From an uncultured Candidatus Rokubacteria bacterium (GTDB lineage: Bacteria; Methylomirabilota; Methylomirabilia; Rokubacteriales; CSP1-6): a DNA stretch of 64,000 nt. A program made the position numbers and the translations under genes. Numbering within the stretch: position 1 is the first letter of the stretch; each line of letters starts with the position of its first letter. The DNA is taken from positions 256,001 to 320,000 of the forward strand of contig CAVWFS010000007.1 in assembly GCA_963754315.1 (NCBI GenBank), read 5' to 3'. This document shows positions 34,084-43,337 of the stretch, one piece after another. The notes beneath the pieces were generated by a model. The model did not search any database. It saw only the letters and a program-made list of their open reading frames with translations, and was not told the DNA's origin.

Positions 34084-34160
34084 TGGGGGGCCCCGACAGG
34101 CCCCCCAAACCCCCCCAGCGCTCGGGGTGGCCCGGGGAACCCGGGTCCACCCCTCGGTCA
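34084..34160. repeat. Palindromic REP-like element (double hairpin)
   Basis: GGGGGCC..GGCCCCC and GGGGTGG-CCCGGG..CCCGGG-CCACCCC hairpins; homologous to the units at 45086-45431; lies between convergent genes. Confidence 0.75.
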
Positions 34161-34181
34161 CACGTGGCGGGTGGTGTTTCC

Positions 34182-34685
34182 TTATGCCTGGCGTAGCATG
34201 GTCTGGGCGTCGCTCACTTCGAACTTCCCGGGCTGTTCGACGTTGAGCGCCTTCACGATACCGTCATCGACGAGCATGGAGTACCGCTGAGAGCGGACGC
34301 CCATTCCACGCGACGTGAGATCCATGTCGAGGCCGAGCGCCTTGGTATACGCAGCGCTGCCGTCAGCCATCATCCGCACCTTGCCGTCGCTCTTTTGCTC
34401 CCGCCCCCAGGCCCCCATGACGAAGGCGTCGTTGACGGCGACGCACCAGACCTCGTCCACGTTCTTGGCCTTGAGCTGGCCATGGGCGGCGACGTAGCTC
34501 GGTACGTGCTTGGCCGAGCAGGTCGGCGTGAACGCACCCGGTAGCCCGAAGATGACGACGCGCTTCCCCTTCACCAGATCCTGCACGGGAAAGCTGTTGG
34601 GACCGACCGTGCAGCCTGGACGCTCGGTCTCCACAAATTCCATGAGGGTGCCATCCGGCAACCGATCACCGACCTTGATGGGCAT
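34182..34685 (-). CDS. Peroxiredoxin, Prx5/type II family
   Basis: Start MPIKVGD; PGAFTPTCS, VNDAFVMGAW and RSQRY. Confidence 0.95.
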   Translation of the reverse strand: MPIKVGDRLPDGTLMEFVETERPGCTVGPNSFPVQDLVKGKRVVIFGLPGAFTPTCSAKHVPSYVAAHGQLKAKNVDEVWCVAVNDAFVMGAWGREQKSDGKVRMMADGSAAYTKALGLDMDLTSRGMGVRSQRYSMLVDDGIVKALNVEQPGKFEVSDAQTMLRQA

Positions 34686-34776
34686 CACAACTCTCCTTTT
34701 CGCCAGTCGTTGTCCGTGAGCCTCAATGGTGGAATCGAAACTTCGGTAGCGTAGCATAGCCGTCGGAATCCCTTCC

Positions 34777-35553
34777 TCAGCGCTCCTTCTTGTCCGCGTA
34801 GCTGATGGCGAGCCCGGCCGCCGCATCGGACTGGATCCCGTAGGGCGGAACCGGGTAGCGCAACCCGTTCCGATGCAGAGCGGCGAGACCCTCGATCACC
34901 TTGGGGAGATACCGCGGTGGAATGGCCATGAGCATCTCGTCATCGGCGACGCCTCCGTACCGGCGCTCGGCATAGCAGGGAATGGTAAGGGCAGGTTCCC
35001 CGGTCCGCAGTGCTTTACCCCAGGAATCTGCGCAGGCAGACTCCCCGACCGAGGTCATGGTGAGCTTGCAGTAGCCGGACCACTGCAGGCCGTTGATGAA
35101 GAAAATCATCTGTCCTGGCGTGCCGTAGATCAGGCACACATCCGGTGGCTCGAGCCGGCCCGACGTCAACGGGGACACGGCCATGGCCTGATAGCGCCCG
35201 TAGGGCACCACGTCCATCGCCTGCTGATGGGCGGCGGCATCCTCGATCGTCTTGAACCACACGCCCGCCATGCGCGAGCCCGAGAGCCACTCCGCGTTCT
35301 GCGGGTGCAAGCCGATGACCGCCCCGCACTGGGCTCCCACCAGATCGGCCATGGTGATGCCCACCGTCCAGCCGAGCTGACGAGCCTGAGCCACGATCTG
35401 ATCGGTCGTGTGTTTGCTGCGGGGTCGGCGGATCTTGGGGATTGCCTCCATCTCGGCCACGGTCTCGAAGAGCTTCATGCCGATGGGGATCGAGCGGAGC
35501 CGCAGATACTGATTCAGGCCATCAACGATGGTGGTCCAGGCATAGGTCTCCAC
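34777..35553 (-). CDS. DUF169-family protein
   Basis: PIGMK, QCGAVIG, PDVCLIYGTPGQM, SACAD and PCYAERRYG Cys pattern. Confidence 0.75.
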   Translation of the reverse strand: METYAWTTIVDGLNQYLRLRSIPIGMKLFETVAEMEAIPKIRRPRSKHTTDQIVAQARQLGWTVGITMADLVGAQCGAVIGLHPQNAEWLSGSRMAGVWFKTIEDAAAHQQAMDVVPYGRYQAMAVSPLTSGRLEPPDVCLIYGTPGQMIFFINGLQWSGYCKLTMTSVGESACADSWGKALRTGEPALTIPCYAERRYGGVADDEMLMAIPPRYLPKVIEGLAALHRNGLRYPVPPYGIQSDAAAGLAISYADKKER

Positions 35554-35556
35554 GTC

Positions 35557-35949
35557 TCATCCTCCACGCAGACGGTCGATTGCCCGCCGCTCACGCTTGG
35601 TCGGGCGCCCCGTGCCCGGCGCCCGAGAGGCCGGCCGGCCGGCGCGAATCCTGGGCGGCGCCGGGGGCGTCAGATCGTCGTACAGGGTGCGCGCCGCTGT
35701 GGCCGGCCCACGCCGATCGGCGAGGGCGGCGACTCGGACCACCCGGCGACCTCGTTCGACGGTCACCTGCACCGTGTCGCCCGCCCGCAAGAGCCTGGAG
35801 GGCTTGGCGGCTTGGTGATTGACATCGACCTTACCACCGTGGCACGCCGCTGCCGCCAAGGTGCGGGTCTTGAAGAGGCGGGCAGCCCACAGCCACTTGT
35901 CCACCCGCACGACCTCGCCAATCTCGTTCACGGTTGCAGACGGTATCAT
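35557..35949 (-). CDS. hslR: S4 RNA-binding protein, ribosome-associated heat shock protein Hsp15
   Basis: VRVDKWLWAARLFKTR, KPS and GRPTKRERR. Confidence 0.9.
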   Translation of the reverse strand: MIPSATVNEIGEVVRVDKWLWAARLFKTRTLAAAACHGGKVDVNHQAAKPSRLLRAGDTVQVTVERGRRVVRVAALADRRGPATAARTLYDDLTPPAPPRIRAGRPASRAPGTGRPTKRERRAIDRLRGG

Positions 35950-35995
35950 AGGGCCGCGGTCGGCCCGGAGGCGGTCGATCGAGGGGAGCCATCGA

Positions 35996-36667
35996 ATGTG
36001 TCATCGAGTCGTGGCGATCGTCCTGGTCCTGGCCGCGCTGAGCACGGCCTGGGCGGCCACCGAGGTTGTGATCGAGGATTGGAAGGAAGAGCCTCTAGGC
36101 TCCACGGGGGTTCCCGCGCAGTGGCGGGCGCAGAGCTGGGGCAAGGCGGACTATCACGGATTCACCATTGCCGACGAGGGCACTCGATCTCTGCACTTGG
36201 TGAGTCGCTCCACAAGCTCCATGATCGTCAAGAACATCACCGGGAAGGTGAATCTCAGGGAGACTCCCGTTCTGCAGTGGAGCTGGAAGGTCGTCACGCT
36301 TCCCAAGGGAGGGGACGCCCGCCAGGCGGCTACCGACGACGAGGGCGGCCAGATCTATGTCGTATGGCGGCGTTTCCCGGAGATGCTTCGCTCGCGCATC
36401 ATTGGCTATGTGTGGGACACGACCGCTCCCGCCGGTGAGTTCATCAAGAGCCAGAAGACGGCAACGGTCACCTACGTTGTCGTACGATCGGGCGAGGCCG
36501 GACTGGGGACGTGGCTCACCCAGCAGCGCAACGTCCTCGAGGACTACCGGAGGATCTACGGTGAGGCTCCCGACAATCCTGACGCGGTGGCGATAGGGAT
36601 CGACTCTGACGACACGAAGTCGAGCGCGGAGGCTTATATGGGCACGATCCTGTTCCGCGCGCCCTGA
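35996..36667 (+). CDS. DUF3047-family exported protein
   Basis: Signal peptide (AWA), LQWSWKV, DD, IGYVWD, RNVLEDY and DSDDT. Confidence 0.8.
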   Translation: MCHRVVAIVLVLAALSTAWAATEVVIEDWKEEPLGSTGVPAQWRAQSWGKADYHGFTIADEGTRSLHLVSRSTSSMIVKNITGKVNLRETPVLQWSWKVVTLPKGGDARQAATDDEGGQIYVVWRRFPEMLRSRIIGYVWDTTAPAGEFIKSQKTATVTYVVVRSGEAGLGTWLTQQRNVLEDYRRIYGEAPDNPDAVAIGIDSDDTKSSAEAYMGTILFRAP

Positions 36668-36708
36668 CCGAGAGCGTGAGGAGGGCGACCGTCACGCAGG
36701 GGGCTTTC

Positions 36709-38326
36709 TCACACCGCTAAAGCGTAACCATCGCGGCGGGGATCGGCACCCGCCATGAGGGCGCCCGTCTCCGGATCGCGAGCGATGCCCTGCCCGCCTC
36801 CGACCACCCATGACCAGTCATCGAGCGTGTTGATCTGGTGCCCGCGGCGTCCCAGAGCCTCGCGGATGTCAGACGGCAATGCGCGCTTCGACGTCGACCA
36901 GCCTATCGCGATACGCGCGCACGCGGGGCGCTTCGATGGCCTCCTGGACGTTCAAGTCGAAGTCGAGCACGTTGAGCAGCATCTGCGCCTGCGTCTGGAG
37001 AATGCCGTAGGAGCCAGGTGTCCCCATCGAGAGCGCAAAGCTCCCACTCCTGAACACCTGCGTGGGGGACATCATGGTGCCGGCTTTGCGACCCGGTCGG
37101 AGCAAATTGGGCGAGGCGGGATCCAGGTCCATCCATTTAAGGATGTTATTGAGGACGATCCCGGTCCCCGGCACGGCAAATCCCGAACCGAAGGGAACCC
37201 CGAGCGTCTGGGTGACCGACACGACCGTACCGTGCGCATCCGCGCACGCGAAGTGTGTCGTCTGTTCGTGCATGAAGTTCGCGGGATGGCCCTCGTCGAT
37301 CTGGCCGGCGAGACGCTCGGGATGGTAGCGCTCCCCCTCGCTCACCGCCGCGCGGTCGGTGATCCGGGCACGTTGGGAGGCGGCGTAGGCCTTGGCGAGG
37401 AGTCCGTGGATGGGCACGTTGTCCCGATAGGCATAGGCGAGACGGTCGGCCGAGCTGAGCTTGATCGCTTCGAGGAGGTGGTGGAGGTAGAGCTCCGAAT
37501 TGTGGCCCCAGGCGGCCACGTCGTAGCCTTCGAGGATGTTGAGCGTCTCCAGCATCTGAAAGGCCGAGAAGGGCGGCGGCATGGAAACAACTTCGGCACC
37601 CCGGTAGCTGACCGAAACTGGCTCGCGCCACACGGGCCGAAACGCCTTCAGATCGTCCTCCGTCAACCAGCCTCCCGCCGCCCTCACCGCGCGCGCGATC
37701 AGGAGAGCCACGGGGCCCTGGTAGAAGGCCTCGGCTCCTCCTTCGGCAACCTGGCGCAGGGTGCCCGCCAGATCCTTGTACGTCATGACGGCTCCGGGAC
37801 GCAGGTCCCCCTGGCCGAGATAGAGGCGCTGCGCCTCAGGCGATCGTCCCAGAGTCTCCCTGGCCCTGCTGAGGAACTCGACGCTTCTCCAGGTGAGCGG
37901 AATCCCGTGCTCGGCCAGTTCGATGGCAGGCCCCAGAATCGCCGATCTCGGCATGGAGCCGAAGCGCTCCCACGCGGCCAACCATCCTCCGAGGTTACCG
38001 GGTGTGGCGCAGGACTTCGGGCCTCCCGCCAGATCGGCCTCACGCACCTGGGACGAATCGGACGCCTGAGGAGCGTGGCCGATGAAGTCCAGCACGTGTC
38101 GCTCGCCGTTCCCCCGCGAGATCAGCATCAGCCCGATGCCCCCGATGCCCGACATGAAAGGCTCGACGACGTTGAGGGCCGCGCCGACCGCGACCGCCGC
38201 GTCCACCGCGTTGCCGCCGGCGAGCAGCACCTGAATGCCAGCCATGGAGGCCAGCGGATGCGCTGACGTCGCGACGCCGCGCAGTCCCATCACGACCGGT
38301 CGATAGGCGTTTCGATGAGGTGGCAT
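36709..38326 (-). CDS. ggt: Gamma-glutamyltransferase family protein (frameshift at ~36880)
   Basis: GGNAVDAAVA, TTHF nucleophile, GTPG; C-terminal GADPRRDG read in the shifted frame ending TGA at 36709. Confidence 0.9.
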
Positions 38327-38353
38327 GGTCTCCTACCTTAGCACTGGACGGAC

Positions 38354-39268
38354 CTACGACGGCTTCTCGAGGCTGAGGCCACGAACCTTCGGATCGAGGA
38401 GATCGCGGACGGCGTCGCCGAGCAGATTGAGACCGAAGATGGTGGCCATGATGGCGAGACCGGGATAGATCACCAGCCAGGGCGCCTGCTGCAGATAGAG
38501 GCGCCCCTCGGCCAGGATATTGCCCCAGCTCGGCACGTAGGGCGGCACCCCGACGCCCAGGAACGACAGGGCGGCCTCGGTGAGCACAGCGGCCGCAAAG
38601 ATGAAGCTTCCCTGCACGATCACCGGCGACAGGCAATTGGGCAACACGTGACGGAGGACGAGCATGCGGTCCGAGGCGCCGAGGGCCCGCGCCGCCTCCA
38701 CGTACGCCATCTCGCGCACGACGAGGACCGAGCCGCGCACCACCCGCGCCACCCGCGGGGCGTAGACCACGCCGATCGCCAGAATCACGTTCAGCACGCT
38801 GGGGCCGAGGGCGGCCATGAGGGCCACCGCCAGCACAATGGCCGGAAAGGCCATGAGCCCATCCATGAAGCGCATGATCGTGTTGTCGAGGCCGTGGTAG
38901 AACCCGGCGACGAGACCCGACAGCAGTCCGACCACGAAGGCGAACACCATCACCGCGGCGCCGACCCCCAACGACAGGCGGGCTCCGAAAACCACCCGAC
39001 TGAAGACGTCGCGGCCGAGGTCGTCGGTGCCGAACCAGTGCATATCGCCCGGCGCCACCAGCCGGGCCACCACATCGATACGCTGAGGGTCGGAAGCAAT
39101 GAGGGGCGCCAGCGCGCCCACCAGCGCGACGATGAGCATGAGGATCAACCCAATCACCGCGATCTTGCGTCGGGTCAGCACGCGGAGCGCCCGCGCCAGT
39201 TCGCTCTCGCTCGGTCGCGCCACGGCAGCCACGGGAGGCAGGGTGACAGCGCCCGACGCGCCGCTCAT
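38354..39268 (-). CDS. Peptide/nickel ABC permease (DppC-like)
   Basis: FGTDDLGRD, YVEAARALG, EAALSFLG and NLLGDAVRD. Confidence 0.92.
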   Translation of the reverse strand: MSGASGAVTLPPVAAVARPSESELARALRVLTRRKIAVIGLILMLIVALVGALAPLIASDPQRIDVVARLVAPGDMHWFGTDDLGRDVFSRVVFGARLSLGVGAAVMVFAFVVGLLSGLVAGFYHGLDNTIMRFMDGLMAFPAIVLAVALMAALGPSVLNVILAIGVVYAPRVARVVRGSVLVVREMAYVEAARALGASDRMLVLRHVLPNCLSPVIVQGSFIFAAAVLTEAALSFLGVGVPPYVPSWGNILAEGRLYLQQAPWLVIYPGLAIMATIFGLNLLGDAVRDLLDPKVRGLSLEKPS

Positions 39269-40209
39269 TGGTAGCGCACGCGGGGATCGATGACGAGATA
39301 CGAGAGATCGATGAGCAGGTTGACCAGCATGTACACGCCGGCCACGCACAGGACGACGCCCTGGATGACCGGGTAGTCACGCCGCAGTACCGCCGAGATG
39401 ATCAGGCGGCCGATTCCGGGGATATTGAAGATCGTCTCGACGACCACCGCTCCCCCGATCAGAATGGCGAAGCTGATTCCGATGATGGTGATGGTCGGGA
39501 TGAGCGCGTTGCGCAAAGCGTGCTTGTAGACAATGGCCCGCTCGGCCAGACCCTTGGACCGGCTGGCGACGATGAAGGGCTGGTACAGCACGTCGAGCAT
39601 GCTGGATCGGGTGATGCGTGCGATGAGGGCGGATTGCACGACACCCAGGGCGACCGCGGGAAGCACGAGGGAGCGGAGCGTCCCGAGCCATCCGTACTCG
39701 AGCGGAGCATAGCCCGCGACCGGAAACCAGCCGAGCTGCACCCCGAACAGGAGGACCATCAGGAGGGCAAGCAGAAAGTTCGGAACGGAGATGCCCACCA
39801 AGGCCAGGGCCATACAGGCCTGGTCGGGTACCCCGTTGCGATAGCGGGCGGCGATGATGCCGGCCGGGACTCCCAACATCACGGCGATCACGGTGGCGAA
39901 GGCGGTGAGGAGCAGGGTGGGCTCCGCGCGGTCCAGGATTGCCTCGCTCACCGGCTTGCGCAGAAAGATCGACTGACCGAGGTCGCCCTGGAGCAGGCGA
40001 AGATAGAAGCGGCCAAGCTGGATATGCAGGGGCGCGTCCAGCCCGAGCTGACGGGCAATCTTCTGGACATCCTCGGCCGAGGCGTCGGGCCCTGCGATGA
40101 CCGAGGCGGGATCGCCCGGGGCCAGGTGGATCAGCACGAAGGCGACCGTCGCCACCACCAGCGCCACCGGAAGGAGGGCGAGCAGGCGACGGGCGACGTA
40201 GGTGTGCAC
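39265..40209 (-). CDS. Peptide/nickel ABC permease (DppB-like)
   Basis: PGDP, GDLGQS, HALRNA, ETIFNIPGIG, RDYPVIQG and DPRVR. Confidence 0.93.
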   Translation of the reverse strand: MHTYVARRLLALLPVALVVATVAFVLIHLAPGDPASVIAGPDASAEDVQKIARQLGLDAPLHIQLGRFYLRLLQGDLGQSIFLRKPVSEAILDRAEPTLLLTAFATVIAVMLGVPAGIIAARYRNGVPDQACMALALVGISVPNFLLALLMVLLFGVQLGWFPVAGYAPLEYGWLGTLRSLVLPAVALGVVQSALIARITRSSMLDVLYQPFIVASRSKGLAERAIVYKHALRNALIPTITIIGISFAILIGGAVVVETIFNIPGIGRLIISAVLRRDYPVIQGVVLCVAGVYMLVNLLIDLSYLVIDPRVRYQ

Positions 40210-40219
40210 GGCGGAGTGC

Positions 40220-41775
40220 CTACTTATCCAGCCACACGTTCCAGAGGGCGAGCTCGTTGACGGCGAGCAGCCCTTTGACGTCCTTCCGGTTCACCACGAG
40301 CGAGAAGTAGTCGCCGAACTTGATGCGGCCGACGTCCTCGTAGAACAGGGTTTGCACCTTCTCCCACATGGCCCGCCGCAGCCGGGGATCGGCCTCGCGC
40401 CGAATCGCTTCCATCCACCGGTCCTTGTCGGGAAGACACCACCAGCCGGGCCAGTTGCAATCGACCGCAGTGTTGAAAGCAGGATCGGGATTGAAGGTGA
40501 AACCGGTCGAGAAGATGTCGAACAGCTCCGCCTTGTTGCGTCGCTGAACGAGCGTGGCCCAGTCCACGACCTGAAGGTCCACCTTCATCCCCACCGCCTC
40601 CAGTTGCTGCTTGGCCACCAGGGCGTTCTTGTACATCCACTCGTATTCTTTGGTCGTGATCCACCGGATGGGGGTTTCGCGGTAGCCGGCCTCCTGCAAG
40701 AGCTTCTGCGCGCGTGCGCGATTCTTCTGGTTGTACAGCTCGCCGCTGACCTTTGAGTACCAGGCCGGTTGTTCGGGGAACATCAACGCCGGGTCGATCC
40801 GGTAGAAATCCTTGTGACCGAAGCCGGCGGCCATGATGGGTTCCATGTCGAGCGCCGCTTGCACCGCCTGGCGCAGGCGCTTGTCCGTGAAGAGGCCCTG
40901 CTTGTGGTTGAGGACGGCCGTCGACCACGCTGACGGCTTGATGACCTGGGCGACCACCCCCGGCATCGTCTTGATGCGCTCGTACTGGTCCTGCTTGATC
41001 TGCTGGCCATGGTGATACTCGCCGGTCTCCACCCCGGCGAGGCGTACCGACACCTCGGGCACCGGGATGAACAGGATCTCGTCCAGAAGGGCCACCGTTT
41101 GCCGCCAAAAAAGTCGGCCGGCTCGGGGCGAGCACTGTAGTCCTTGAAGCGGGCGAGCTTGAGGTGACGGTCGGGCTTGTGCTCGACGAAGCGATAGGGG
41201 CCGGTGCCGATGTAGTCCTTGACGGGTCCCTCACCGGCCGCCTCGACGACCTCTTTCGGGTAGATCGCCGCCGCATTGTTCGGATGGGCGAGGCCTACGA
41301 GCAGGGCTGGCATCGGCTCCTTCAGGTAGATGACGACGGTGTACGGATCCTTCGACTCGATCCCCTCCAGGTCCTTCGACACGGCTTTGCCACGACCGGC
41401 CAGCTTGCCCCAATGCTTGAGGGACGCCACGACGTCTGCGGCCGTCATCTCCTTGCCGTTGTGGAACTTCACCCCACGCCGGAGCTTGAACGTGTATGTC
41501 CGTCCCCCGTCGCCGACGGTGTGCCCCTCGGCCAGCATCGGGATGGGCTGGTATCCCTTGTCGTAGGTGTAGAGCGTCTCGTAGATGTGCCAGGTAATCT
41601 GCTGGGTGATCACCGCCGTGGTGGTGTGCAGATCGAGGGACGGCGGCTCACCGATCATGGCCGCCTTGAACACCCCACCCGTCTTGGGCGCGGTCTGAGC
41701 CAGACTGTGGTGCGCAACGACGAGGGCGAGGGGTACACCGATCAGAACGCTGCCGAGCGTGCGCAGGGCTTTCAT
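40220..41775 (-). CDS. Peptide ABC substrate-binding protein, family 5 (frameshift at ~41095)
   Basis: Signal peptide, LRRGVKFHNG, IGTGPY and RLRQAVQAALD. Confidence 0.9.
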
Positions 41776-41846
41776 GAGTGCTCCTTCTCGCCCCTGCACA
41801 GACGGCGAGGGGCCTGCATCATCGGTGTCTTGACACGATGCGGCGA

Positions 41847-41855
41847 ATTATAGCA
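41847..41855 (-). promoter_or_regulatory. Extended -10 promoter of the ABC/ggt operon
   Basis: TG-C-TATAAT overlapping the cobC stop codon. Confidence 0.6.
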
Positions 41856-42459
41856 TCGGCCGCTCGTTGAGATGCCGCAGCTGCCATGGGCTCGGCCCTT
41901 CGAGAAGTGAGAAGGCGCCATAGTCCTGTCCGAAGCCAAGCAGGCGTGCCATGGGCATCCCGAGAACATGGCAGAGGAGGGCGCGATTGGTCCCGCCATG
42001 AGCGACCACCGCGATCGCCCGACCGGCGTAGCCGTCGACGAGCGACGCGAAAGCCGGCCACGCGCGCGCCAGGAGATCGGGTACGCTCTCACCTTCCGGA
42101 AACGGAAATTCTCCCACGCGGGCCATCCATTCGGCGAAGGCGGCCGGCTCGCGCGCCTGGATCTCGGCGGCGGTGAGCCCGTCCCACCGGCCCATCGACA
42201 TCTCCCGCAAAGCAGGAACCTCGACGGGCACGAGGCCGTGCGGAGCAGCGATGATCTCGGCGCTGCGTCGCGCGCGTACGAGGTCGCTTGAAAATACGGC
42301 AGCGAGCGCGACCCTCCGCAGGGTCCTCGCCTGCTCAAGACATTGCCGCTCGCCGCGCAGGGAGAGCGGGACGTCCATGTGCCCGATGAAGCGCCGTGTC
42401 TCCGCCTGAACGACCTCGCCGTGGCGGATGAGAAAGATCAGCGTTGGAGAGAGACCCAT
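41848..42459 (-). CDS. cobC: Histidine phosphatase, probable alpha-ribazole/adenosylcobalamin-phosphate phosphatase
   Basis: RHG, SSDL, LREMSMGRWDG and AHGG; overlaps cobS. Confidence 0.8.
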   Translation of the reverse strand: MGLSPTLIFLIRHGEVVQAETRRFIGHMDVPLSLRGERQCLEQARTLRRVALAAVFSSDLVRARRSAEIIAAPHGLVPVEVPALREMSMGRWDGLTAAEIQAREPAAFAEWMARVGEFPFPEGESVPDLLARAWPAFASLVDGYAGRAIAVVAHGGTNRALLCHVLGMPMARLLGFGQDYGAFSLLEGPSPWQLRHLNERPML

Positions 42460-43193
42460 GCCGTGACCGTGAGAAGGACCGCCAGCTCGGCCAGTTCGAC
42501 GGCTCCGCCGAGAACGTCGCCCGTGATCCCCTTGAGCCGGCGGGTCATGACCTTCGCAAAGAGCACGGACACCAGCGCGGCCACGGTCATGGCCAGCGCT
42601 CCCGCCGCCCCGAGGAATGCCATGGACACGAGGGCGGCGACGCCAAAAGCCAGAGGACCGGCGAACGGGCGGAGACCTCGGCGGAAATCGACCCCATGGC
42701 CGTCGGGCCGGGCCGGAGGGAACAGCCTGGCCAGCACGACCGGGACAGCGCGACCAACGACAGGCGCAACGAGTAGAACCCGCCAGCGCTGAGGCGACGG
42801 GACCTCGGCCAGGGCCCCCACGTCCAGCAGCAGAACGAGGATGAGCCCCATAGCTCCGAAGGTCCCGATCCGGCTGTCCCGCATGATGGCCAGTCGATGC
42901 TCGGCGTCATGGCCGGCCAGCCCGTCCAGACAGTCCGCCAAGCCGTCCAGGTGAAGGCCTCCGGTGAGCAGTTTCCAGGTGACGACCGTGATCAGCCCCG
43001 CCAGCAACGTCGGGAAGATCCGAGCTGTGGCCCGCTCCACGAGAACCAGGACAGCCCCGATACCGAGACCGACGAGCGGGAACCACGCTGCCGCCGCCCC
43101 GAGCGAAGCCGGGGATCCCGCGCCTGGTGCCCGGCTCCGGTCCGGCCAGGGCACGATCGTGAGAAACCGGACTGCGTACACGAGGCCATTCAC
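42438..43193 (-). CDS. cobS: Cobalamin synthase
   Basis: FLTIVP, TGGLHLDGLAD, MRDSRIG and GITGDVLG; GTG 43193. Confidence 0.93.
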   Translation of the reverse strand: MNGLVYAVRFLTIVPWPDRSRAPGAGSPASLGAAAAWFPLVGLGIGAVLVLVERATARIFPTLLAGLITVVTWKLLTGGLHLDGLADCLDGLAGHDAEHRLAIMRDSRIGTFGAMGLILVLLLDVGALAEVPSPQRWRVLLVAPVVGRAVPVVLARLFPPARPDGHGVDFRRGLRPFAGPLAFGVAALVSMAFLGAAGALAMTVAALVSVLFAKVMTRRLKGITGDVLGGAVELAELAVLLTVTAWVSLQR

Positions 43194-43223
43194 CGCAGGC
43201 GATGCTAGCACGCAGGATTGCGC

Positions 43224-43252
43224 TTGACGCCTCGCGCCGCTCTCAGTAGGGT
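43224..43252 (+). promoter_or_regulatory. Sigma70 promoter of pckG
   Basis: TTGACG-17 nt-TAGGGT; divergent from the cobS extended -10 (43202-43210). Confidence 0.55.
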
Positions 43253-43337
43253 CTAGGCCACGCGCAGTTCCGGGCAGCGGCGCCCGGGCCCTAGCGAGCG
43301 CGCCCAACCTGGCCTCGATAAGACGAAGGATGCGGGC

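Noticed and set aside
43255..43315. Nested hairpin in the pckG leader as a possible cis-regulatory RNA
   Set aside because: Short GC pairings expected at this base composition; the outer stem would extend upstream of the predicted TSS; no known motif
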